Origin: an uncultured bacterium
Lineage (GTDB): Bacteria; Zhuqueibacterota; QNDG01; DTFT01
Assembly (NCBI GenBank): GCA_963736115.1
Contig: CAVTNR010000005.1
Coordinates: 69,419 to 133,418, forward strand
Length of the DNA stretch: 64,000 bases
Direction: 5' to 3'
The notes beneath the pieces were generated by a model that worked only from the letters and a program-made list of their open reading frames with translations, had not been told where the DNA came from and did no database searches. The position numbers and the translations under genes are program-made. How positions within the stretch are numbered: the first letter of the stretch is position 1; every line of letters starts with the position of its first letter. Of the stretch, positions 52,618-60,364 are shown piece by piece.

Positions 52618-52730
52618 AGTTCATGGTTCATAGTTCATAGTTCATGGTTCACATAAAAAGCGGTTTTCTCGAACTAAAAGCAATCCCATTTTTTCAACTA
52701 TGAACTATGAACCATGAACGATGAACTATG
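52618..52730. repeat. GTTCATR inverted-array element, copy F
   Basis: Left arm 52618-52651, ~44-nt spacer, right arm 52696-52730. Confidence 0.92.
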
Positions 52731-52735
52731 CTTCT

Positions 52736-54253
52736 TCATCCCATAAACAGAAACTTACTCGAGAAATTCGGATCCGAAGTCAGGTTCACGCCCAGCTTCC
52801 GGAATCCGACTTCGTCGCCGGGTGTGGGAATGTGCGTCATGTGCGCCTCGCATCCCCTCAGCTCTTTCAGCTTGAGCATGGCCGCCTCGGCCGTGGGATT
52901 GGTCGCCGCGCTGATCGAAAGCGCGACCAGGGTCTCCTCCAGGTCCAGGCTGATCTTCGGGTGCTCGTACACGTCCTTCTTGAACCGGCCGATGGACTGC
53001 GTGATCGCGGGCGAGAGCAGGTGGATTTCGTCCGGAACACCGGCCAGGTGCTTGATGGCGTTCAGCACCAGGCTCGACGCCGCGTGCATCAGCGTGGAGT
53101 TTTTCCCCGTGATGAGTGTGCCGTCCTTCAGCATCACGGCCCCCCCGCAGAACACCCCCTGGTCGCCCTTGTTCTTGCGCTGGGCCTCCAGCGCCGCTTC
53201 GCGGGCCGGTAGAAGCACCGGCCGCGATTCGGGCTGCAGACCGAGCTCCTTCATGAGCAGTTCCACGCGCTGAACGGTCTCCTTGTCGGTCAACCCGGTC
53301 GCGTACTCACAGGCGTGCCTCAGGTACCGCCGGATCACCTCCTGCTTCGCGGCCTCGCAGACGACGCCGTCGTCCACGATTCCGAAGCCCGCCCGATTGA
53401 CGCCCATGTCGGTCGGCGACTTGTAGGGCGATTCGCTGTCCGTGATTCTCTCCAGGATACGCCGCAGGACCGGAAAGACTTCTACGTCACGGTTGTAATT
53501 GACCGTCACCTCGCCCGTCGCCTCGAAGTGAAACGGATCGATCTGGTTGAAATCGCGGAGATCGGCGGTGGCGGCCTCATAGGCCACATTCACGGGATGC
53601 TTGAGCGGCAGGTTCCAGATCGGGAACGTCTCGAATTTCGCGTATCCGGAAGGAAATCCCCGCTGATGGTCGTGGTACAACTGAGACAAACAGGTCGCCA
53701 GTTTGCCGCTGCCCGGGCCCGGGCCGGTCACCACGACGAGCGGTTTCTCGGTCTGGATCGGCTCGTTCGCGCCGTATCCCTCGCGGCTGACGATCAGGTC
53801 GACGTCCGTGGGGTATCCCCGGGTGGCGCGGTGCGTGACCACGCGGACGCCGCGCCGCTCGAGACGGTTTTTAAACAGTGTGGCTGCGGGCTGGTTGTCG
53901 AAACGGGTGATCACCACGGCCCGGACGTCGAGCCCCCATCCCCGCAGGTCGTCGATGAGCTTCAGCGCATCGGAATCATAAGTGATGCCGAAATCGGCGC
54001 GGATCTTCCTCCGCTCGATGTCGCCCGCGTAGATGCAGAGGACGATGTCGGCCTTGTCACTGAGCTGCTGCAGCAGCCGCATTTTCACGTTGGGGTCATA
54101 GCCCGGAAGCACGCGGGCCGCATGGTAATCCCAGAGCAGTTTGCCGCCGAACTCAAGGTACAGCTTGTTGTGGAAACGCCGGACGCGTTCCAGAATCGAG
54201 GTCGTCTGTTCCGCAAGATATTTTTCGTTGTCAAAACCGATGGATTGCGCCAT
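52736..54253 (-). CDS. DUF1846 family protein
   Basis: GFDNEKY, KLYLEFGGKL..DYHAARVLPG, GPGSGKLATCLSQLYH, AKFETFPIWN. Confidence 0.92.
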   Translation of the reverse strand: MAQSIGFDNEKYLAEQTTSILERVRRFHNKLYLEFGGKLLWDYHAARVLPGYDPNVKMRLLQQLSDKADIVLCIYAGDIERRKIRADFGITYDSDALKLIDDLRGWGLDVRAVVITRFDNQPAATLFKNRLERRGVRVVTHRATRGYPTDVDLIVSREGYGANEPIQTEKPLVVVTGPGPGSGKLATCLSQLYHDHQRGFPSGYAKFETFPIWNLPLKHPVNVAYEAATADLRDFNQIDPFHFEATGEVTVNYNRDVEVFPVLRRILERITDSESPYKSPTDMGVNRAGFGIVDDGVVCEAAKQEVIRRYLRHACEYATGLTDKETVQRVELLMKELGLQPESRPVLLPAREAALEAQRKNKGDQGVFCGGAVMLKDGTLITGKNSTLMHAASSLVLNAIKHLAGVPDEIHLLSPAITQSIGRFKKDVYEHPKISLDLEETLVALSISAATNPTAEAAMLKLKELRGCEAHMTHIPTPGDEVGFRKLGVNLTSDPNFSSKFLFMG

Positions 54254-54418
54254 GATCTGCCGCCGTATTGAGGAAAGGGTGAGTGGGATGGATGAACGGG
54301 GCCCTTCCGGGCCGGCAGGTCGGGGATAACCGTCCGCGTCCGATCGGCGTTGCCGGATGAAAAACACTGCCCCTCACACTGTAAAAATTGCCACAGAAAT
54401 ATGTCCGTGGCAATCTCG

Positions 54419-54502
54419 TGCCGGGGGAGAGAATCGAACTCTCATGGACCGAAGCCCGGGGGATTTTGAGTCCCCTGCGTCTACCTATTTCACCACCCCG
54501 GC
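54419..54502 (-). tRNA. tRNA-Leu(CAA)
   Basis: GCCGGGG/CCCCGGC acceptor stem, GGGGA-CT-CAA-AA-TCCCC anticodon arm, long variable arm, GTTCGATTC; CCA not encoded. Confidence 0.93.
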
Positions 54503-54512
54503 GAACCTTTCG

Positions 54513-54590
54513 AATATAAACAAAAAACGTCTAATGTCAAGCGGAAACTGCCTGTTATCCCTTGACATTGCACCTTGAATTTTCGATATT
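54513..54590. promoter_or_regulatory. divergent sigma70 promoters (tRNA-Leu and the FmdB-purM operon)
   Basis: Minus strand TTGACA(54540)-16 nt-TATATT; plus strand TTGACA(54562)-17 nt-GATATT. Confidence 0.65.
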
Positions 54591-54625
54591 TATGCTGTAT
54601 CCTGAACCGCGGAGGCCCTGTTCTC

Positions 54626-55048
54626 ATGCCCCTGTACGAGTACCGTTGCGCCGAGTGCCGCGCAAAAACGACCGTGCTGGTCCGCTCGATCGCGGACACC
54701 GCGGCCCCGGCCTGCGGCAAGTGCGGTTCCCGGAATTGCGTCCGCCTTTTCTCGCGCTTTGCCTCGCCCCGGTCTGAGGAGAGCCGCCTTGAGCGCATGG
54801 CGGATCCGTCCAACTGGGGCGGCATGGACGAAAACGACCCCAAAAGCGTGTCCCGTCTCATGAAACGCATGGGCCGGGAGATGGGAGACGAATTCTCGGA
54901 AGGAATCGGCGGGAACTTCGACGAAATGGCGGACCGGGAAATGTCGGGAGAGGGAGAGGCCGGAACCGGGGACAGCGCGGCCGGACCCGGCCCGGACCCG
55001 GATTCCGGATCAGCCGGCGGGCCGGACAACGCGATCGGCGACGCCTGA
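54626..55048 (+). CDS. FmdB family zinc-ribbon protein
   Basis: MPLYEYRCAEC...CGKCGS; GGAGG SD. Confidence 0.88.
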   Translation: MPLYEYRCAECRAKTTVLVRSIADTAAPACGKCGSRNCVRLFSRFASPRSEESRLERMADPSNWGGMDENDPKSVSRLMKRMGREMGDEFSEGIGGNFDEMADREMSGEGEAGTGDSAAGPGPDPDSGSAGGPDNAIGDA

Positions 55049-55590
55049 TGGCCGCGGTTTCCCCTGCGCTCCCGGTCAAGGCGGTCTGCGCCGTAACCTT
55101 CTCCTCCGGCATCCGGTGGGAGGACGCCGTGTCCGGCCTCGAGCGCCTGCTCGGACCCACGGACGGGGCCAGCCCGGTTTTCCCGTTTGACTTCACGGAT
55201 TACTACAGCGGTGAAATGGGCCCGGGCCTGTGGAAACTGTTCGTGAGTTTCGAGCCCCTGATGGTTCCCGGCGATCTGGCCCGGGTGAAGCGCGCCTCCA
55301 ACGGCCTGGAGACCGGATGGGCCCAGGACGGACGCAGGCGCGTGAACCTCGACCCCGGCTATGTAACCGGCGCGAAGGTGGTCGTGGCCTCGGCCAAGGA
55401 CTTCGCGCACCGGATCTGCTTGGGCGACGGAATTTACGGGGATGTCCAGCTCCAGTATCGGCACGGCCGGTGGCGGCGGTCGGCCTGGACCTTCCCGGAC
55501 TACCGGACACCCCTCGCGTTTGCGTTCTTTACCGGGGCCCGGGACCGGTACAATCAACAGGAAAGGCGGTTGCGACATGCGATACCGTGA
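55048..55590 (+). CDS. DUF4416 family protein
   Basis: FDFTDYYSGEMG, RRVNLDPGY, KDFAHRI, WTFPDY. Confidence 0.88.
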   Translation: MAAVSPALPVKAVCAVTFSSGIRWEDAVSGLERLLGPTDGASPVFPFDFTDYYSGEMGPGLWKLFVSFEPLMVPGDLARVKRASNGLETGWAQDGRRRVNLDPGYVTGAKVVVASAKDFAHRICLGDGIYGDVQLQYRHGRWRRSAWTFPDYRTPLAFAFFTGARDRYNQQERRLRHAIP

Positions 55591-56572
55591 TGCGGGAGTG
55601 GATATCGACGCCGGCGACGAGGCGGTGAAGCGCATCAAACGCGACGTCCGGTCCACCTTCGGCCGGAATGTGCTCACGGACATCGGGATGTTCGGCGGAT
55701 TCTACGCGTTCGACAAGTCCGGATGGCGCAGTCCGGTGCTGGTCTCGTCCATCGACGGCGTGGGCACCAAGCTGAAGGTCGCGTTCATGGCCAATCGGTA
55801 CGAGTCGATCGGCGAGGACCTGGTCAACCACTGCGTGAACGACATCCTCGTCGGCGGCGCGCGGCCCCTGTTCTTTCTGGACTACATCGCCTGCGGCAAA
55901 CTGGATCCGAAATGCGTCCAGCAAATCGTCTCCGGAATGGCGAAAGGATGCCGAGCCTCGGGATGCGCCCTCATCGGCGGGGAAACCGCCGAGATGCCGG
56001 GCTTTTATCAGATCGGCGACTACGACGTGGCGGGATGCATCGTCGGCGCGGTCGAGAAGAGCCGGATTCTCGTCGGCAAGCGGATCCGCAAGGGCGACAC
56101 GCTGATCGGCCTTCCTTCCTCCGGCCTGCACACCAACGGCTTCTCCCTGGCCCGCAAGGTGCTCTTCGAACTCGCGGACTATGACACGGAGGATGTCATT
56201 CCCGAACTGGGGACCACTCTCGGCGACGCCCTGCTGGCCGTGCACCGTAATTATTTCCCGCTCGTCCATCCTCTGCTCGACCGTTTCGACATCCGTGGCA
56301 TGTCGCACGTGACGGGCGGCGGGCTCGTCGGCAACACGAGCCGGGTTTTGCCCAAGGGTCGGTCGCTGAAAATCGACTGGAACGCATGGACGGTTCCGCC
56401 CGTATTCCGTCTCATCCAGCGGCTGGGAGACGTGCCCGAGGACGACATGCGCCGGACCTTCAACATGGGGGTCGGGTACGTGCTGATCGTCCCGCCGAAG
56501 GAAGCGGATGCGTTGATTGCCGTGCTCCGCAGAAAAAAGGAGAAAGCAGTGGTGGTGGGGGAAGTGGCTTAA
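55577..56572 (+). CDS. purM: phosphoribosylformylglycinamidine cyclo-ligase
   Basis: YRDAGVDIDAG, DGVGTKL, GGETAEMPG, SSGLHTNGFSL, HVTGGG, TFNMGVG. Confidence 0.97.
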   Translation: MRYRDAGVDIDAGDEAVKRIKRDVRSTFGRNVLTDIGMFGGFYAFDKSGWRSPVLVSSIDGVGTKLKVAFMANRYESIGEDLVNHCVNDILVGGARPLFFLDYIACGKLDPKCVQQIVSGMAKGCRASGCALIGGETAEMPGFYQIGDYDVAGCIVGAVEKSRILVGKRIRKGDTLIGLPSSGLHTNGFSLARKVLFELADYDTEDVIPELGTTLGDALLAVHRNYFPLVHPLLDRFDIRGMSHVTGGGLVGNTSRVLPKGRSLKIDWNAWTVPPVFRLIQRLGDVPEDDMRRTFNMGVGYVLIVPPKEADALIAVLRRKKEKAVVVGEVA

Positions 56573-56577
56573 AAACC

Positions 56578-56676
56578 AGTTCATGGTTCATAGTTCATGG
56601 TTCATGGGAAAAACAGGTCTTGATCGTCATCCGAAATTGTTGTTAACTATGAACAATGAACCATGAACTATGAACT
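56578..56676. repeat. GTTCATR inverted-array element, copy G
   Basis: Left arm 56578-56606, ~38-nt spacer, right arm 56645-56676. Confidence 0.92.
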
Positions 56677-56746
56677 TTCGTTGAAGCGAAGCCAGGCACT
56701 TTCATTTCGGGCTAATAAAAAATCCTCAGCGTAAAAAGGACCCCCC

Positions 56747-57397
56747 ATGCTCTCCCTGCTTCTGATACTGCTACTCAGCTATCTCGCGGGCTCCATCCCA
56801 ACCGCGATCATCGCCAGCCGCCTCGTGATGAAGGACGACATCCGCAATCACGGAAGCCGAAACGCGGGCGCCACCAATGTCTATCGGGTGATGGGCTGGA
56901 AGCCGGCCCTGGTCGTGGTGCTGATCGACATCGGCAAGGGGATTCTGGCCGCGCTGTTCATCTCAAAACTGCGGATTGACCCGCTGACCTGGCATCCCGT
57001 GCTTGTCCAGATCGCGGCCGGCACAGCCGCCATTCTCGGGCATGTCTGGACGGTGTTCGCGGGATTCCGCGGAGGCAAGGGCGTCGGCACGGCCGCGGGC
57101 GTTTTCCTGTCCATCGCGCCCCTTCCGGTGCTGGCCGCTCTGGCCGTGTGGCTCATTCTCCTGTTTTCGACACGCATCATGTCCGTCGCGTCCCTGGCCG
57201 CGGCACTGACTCTGGGCATCGCGCTCACCGTCCAGAGGACGCTGTTCCGGCCGGAGATCCCCGGTTTTCTCGTGGCCGGCACCTGGGCGGTTGTGGCCCT
57301 CATCGTGTTCACCCACCGGTCCAACATTGGACGCCTCGCGCGGGGCGAGGAACTGAAGCTCGGTTCCTCCTCCGGACGGCCGAAGGGAAAAGTTTGA
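56747..57397 (+). CDS. plsY: glycerol-3-phosphate acyltransferase
   Basis: YLAGSIP, GSRNAGATN, DIGKG, GH.W...F.GGKGV, HRSNI. Confidence 0.95.
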   Translation: MLSLLLILLLSYLAGSIPTAIIASRLVMKDDIRNHGSRNAGATNVYRVMGWKPALVVVLIDIGKGILAALFISKLRIDPLTWHPVLVQIAAGTAAILGHVWTVFAGFRGGKGVGTAAGVFLSIAPLPVLAALAVWLILLFSTRIMSVASLAAALTLGIALTVQRTLFRPEIPGFLVAGTWAVVALIVFTHRSNIGRLARGEELKLGSSSGRPKGKV

Positions 57398-58404
57398 GCG
57401 CGCGGGCCGGGGTCATCGGCGCGGGCGGATGGGGAACCGCGCTCGCGCTCCTGCTGCACCGGAACGGGCACGACGTCGATCTCTGGGAATTCTTTCCGGA
57501 ATACGCGGAGCGCATGGCCGCGCTCCGCAGAAACCCCGACTTTCTTCCCGGCGTCGAACTCCCCGAGGGACTCCGGATCACCTCGGACCTCGGCACGGCC
57601 GTGCGGGACAAGGACGTGCTCGTGTTCGCCATGCCCTCACACGTTCTCCGTCGTGTGGCAGTGCAGGTGTCGGGCTTCGGAATCGGACGCTATCTGGTGG
57701 TCACCGCGGTCAAGGGAATCGAGAACGAAACGCTTCTCCGCATGTCCGAGGTGCTCCGGGAAGCCTGGGCCGGCCTGCTCCAGCCGGACCGCATCGTGGC
57801 CCTTTCCGGTCCCAGCCACGCGGAAGAGGTGAGCCGAGGCATACCGACCGCCGTGGTCGCGGCTTCCGCCTCCGAAGTCTCGGGCCGGACGGTTCAGGAT
57901 CTCTTCCGCGGGCCCTCGTTCCGCCTGTACACGTCCGCGGACGTCACCGGCGTGGAACTGGGCGGCGCCCTGAAGAACGTCATCGCAATCGCGGCCGGTA
58001 TCAGCGACGGCGTCGGCTTCGGCGACAATACCAAGGCGGCCCTCATGACGCGGGGCATCGCCGAGATCTCTCGCCTGGGCGCGGCCATGGGCGCGGCGCC
58101 GGGCACTTTTTCCGGCCTCTCCGGCACGGGGGACCTCATCGTCACCTGCTCCAGCCGGCACAGCCGCAACCGCCATGTCGGGGAGCAGATCGGTTCCGGC
58201 CGCTCCCTGGACGAGGTGCTCTCCGGCATGAAAATGGTCGCCGAAGGGGTCCGCACCGCCCGGTCGGCCATGGACCTGTCCCTCAAATATAAGGTGGAAA
58301 TGCCGATCACCCGGGAGGTGGTCGAAATCCTGTTCAACGGCAAGGATCCCAGACACGCCGTGGCGGAGTTGATGACAAGGGAGCCGAAAAGAGAAAGTTC
58401 ATAG
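57394..58404 (+). CDS. gpsA: NAD(P)H-dependent glycerol-3-phosphate dehydrogenase
   Basis: GAGGWGTAL, KGIE, SGPSHA, GGALKNV, GDLIVTC.S..SRN, AEGV; TTG start overlaps the plsY stop. Confidence 0.96.
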   Translation: MSARAGVIGAGGWGTALALLLHRNGHDVDLWEFFPEYAERMAALRRNPDFLPGVELPEGLRITSDLGTAVRDKDVLVFAMPSHVLRRVAVQVSGFGIGRYLVVTAVKGIENETLLRMSEVLREAWAGLLQPDRIVALSGPSHAEEVSRGIPTAVVAASASEVSGRTVQDLFRGPSFRLYTSADVTGVELGGALKNVIAIAAGISDGVGFGDNTKAALMTRGIAEISRLGAAMGAAPGTFSGLSGTGDLIVTCSSRHSRNRHVGEQIGSGRSLDEVLSGMKMVAEGVRTARSAMDLSLKYKVEMPITREVVEILFNGKDPRHAVAELMTREPKRESS

Positions 58405-58919
58405 TTCATAGTTCATGGTTCATGGTTAAAGAATTATCCATTGCCTTGTTCTCTTGGGAGGGAGTTGCATGGCTACCATCCGCTGTATTGAAGATATTGA
58501 GGTCTGGCAAAAGGCAAGAGTACTGGTCCAGTCCGTATATAATCTCACCCGGAAGGATTCCTTTCGCGAGGATTTTTTCCTCCGAAATCAGGTTCGTAAG
58601 ACAGCTGTCTCCATCCTTTCCAATATTGCAGAAGGATTTGAAAGAAACGGGAACAAGGAATTCCTTCAATTTCTATCCATCGCGAAAGGATCCACTGGAG
58701 AGCTAAAAAGTCAATTATATATCGCATTGGATATGAATTACATCAGGCCGGACGAATTCCAGTCCACCTCCATTCAAATTCAAGAGACCGGCAGAATGAT
58801 ATATGGCCTGATGAAATACTTGAGAGAATCCGGGTTGAGAGGAAGCAAGTATCCGGTTCGACGGAGCGACGCCGCTTGATTTTTTCCAACTATGAACTAT
58901 GAACCATGAACTATGAACT
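58396..58919. mobile_element. GTTCATR inverted-array element, copy H, carrying a four-helix-bundle gene
   Basis: Left arm 58396-58427 (supplies the gpsA TAG) and right arm 58888-58919 bracket a lower-GC gene. Mobility is inferred, not shown. Confidence 0.6.
58469..58879 (+). CDS. four helix bundle protein (23S rRNA IVS / TIGR02436-like)
   Basis: EDIEVWQKAR, LRNQVRKTAVSILSNIAEGFER, EFLQFLSIAKGSTGELKSQL; GGGAGG SD. Confidence 0.93.
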   Translation: MATIRCIEDIEVWQKARVLVQSVYNLTRKDSFREDFFLRNQVRKTAVSILSNIAEGFERNGNKEFLQFLSIAKGSTGELKSQLYIALDMNYIRPDEFQSTSIQIQETGRMIYGLMKYLRESGLRGSKYPVRRSDAA

Positions 58920-58940
58920 TTATACTTATAAGGAATCCCG

Positions 58941-60233
58941 ATGAATAAAATGTACATCTCCGACGCCGGAAAATTCGAAGGTCAGGACGTCACCGTCAGG
59001 GGCTGGCTCTACAACAAACGCTCCAGCGGCAAACTGTGGTTTCTGCTGGTCCGCGACGGGACCGGACTCATCCAGGCCGTGGTCTCGAAGTCGGATGTTC
59101 CGGAGGAAACCTTCACGGCCTGCGAGCAGGCAACCCAGGAGTCCTCGCTCTCCGTCACCGGCCGGATCGCGCCGGACAAGCGGGCGCCGGGCGGGTTTGA
59201 ACTGCAGGTCAAATCCGTCTCCCTCCACCAGACCGCCCTGGACTACCCCATCACGCCCAAGGAACACGGCACGCCTTTTCTCATGGACAACCGCCATCTC
59301 TGGCTGCGTTCCTCCAGGCAGACCGCGATTCTGCGGATCCGGCACGAGATCATCCGGGCGATTCGCGATTTCTTCGACTCCAACGGTTTCACCCTTGTGG
59401 ACGCGCCGGTTTTCACTCCGGCCGCGTGCGAGGGCACGACCACCCTGTTCGAAACGCAGTACTTCGACGAGAAGGCCTACCTGACGCAGAGCGGCCAGCT
59501 CTACATGGAGGCCGCGGCCATGGCGCTCGGAAAAGTCTACTGCTTCGGACCGACTTTCCGCGCGGAAAAATCCAAGACCCGCAGGCACCTGACCGAATTC
59601 TGGATGGTCGAGCCCGAGGTTGCGTACGCCGACCTGGACGACGACATGGCCCTGGCCGAGAACTTCCTCAGCGCCATCGTCGGACGGGTGCTGGAGACGC
59701 GGAAAGAGGAGCTGAAAACGCTGGAGCGGAACACGGCGCCGCTCGAGAAGATTTCGCCCCCCTTCCCGAGGATTTCGTACGACGAAGCCGCGAAAATGCT
59801 GAAGGAAAAGGGCGTTGCGTTCGAGTACGGCACTGATCTCGGCGGGACGGACGAGACGGTCATTTCCGAAGCCTTCGAAAAGCCCGTCATGGTGCACCGG
59901 TACCCGGCCGAGGTCAAAGCCTTCTACATGAAAAACGATCCGGCTGATCCGTCCAAGGCGCTTTGCGTGGACGTGCTGGCGCCGGAGGGCATCGGCGAGA
60001 TCATCGGCGGCGGTCAGCGCGAGGACGACCTGGACACGCTCATGGCGAAGATCAAAAAGCACAATCTGCCGGTGGAGGCATTTGACTGGTACATCGACCT
60101 GCGGAAGTACGGGTCCGTCCCCCACGCCGGTTTCGGCCTGGGCATCGAACGGACGGTCGGGTGGATATGCGGTCTTCCGCATGTGCGGGAAACCATCCCG
60201 TTCCCGAGGATGCTAAACAGGCTGAAACCGTAA
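58941..60233 (+). CDS. asnS: asparagine--tRNA ligase
   Basis: [62 protein letters not shown]. Confidence 0.96.
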   Translation: MNKMYISDAGKFEGQDVTVRGWLYNKRSSGKLWFLLVRDGTGLIQAVVSKSDVPEETFTACEQATQESSLSVTGRIAPDKRAPGGFELQVKSVSLHQTALDYPITPKEHGTPFLMDNRHLWLRSSRQTAILRIRHEIIRAIRDFFDSNGFTLVDAPVFTPAACEGTTTLFETQYFDEKAYLTQSGQLYMEAAAMALGKVYCFGPTFRAEKSKTRRHLTEFWMVEPEVAYADLDDDMALAENFLSAIVGRVLETRKEELKTLERNTAPLEKISPPFPRISYDEAAKMLKEKGVAFEYGTDLGGTDETVISEAFEKPVMVHRYPAEVKAFYMKNDPADPSKALCVDVLAPEGIGEIIGGGQREDDLDTLMAKIKKHNLPVEAFDWYIDLRKYGSVPHAGFGLGIERTVGWICGLPHVRETIPFPRMLNRLKP

Positions 60234-60240
60234 AGATTGG

Positions 60241-60359
60241 AGTTCATAGTTCATAGTTCATAGTTTATAGTTCATAGTTGAGAAAATGAAAAGGCGGTAA
60301 TCCGAAAGAAAAGGATTGCCGCCTTTTTTCTATGAACAATGAACCATGAACTATGAACT
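60241..60359. repeat. GTTCATR inverted-array element, copy I, enclosing a bidirectional terminator
   Basis: Left arm 60241-60279; inner AAAAGGCGGTAATCC-9 nt-GGATTGCCGCCTTTT; right arm 60330-60359. Confidence 0.92.
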
Positions 60360-60364
60360 TTTCT

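Noticed and set aside
58469-58879. Diversity-generating retroelement (Avd-like gene)
   Set aside because: No reverse transcriptase or TR/VR pair is visible in the window.
11885-60359. Heptamer elements as a CRISPR array
   Set aside because: The repeats are inverted, dispersed and 7-nt periodic rather than direct repeat-spacer runs, and no cas genes are present.
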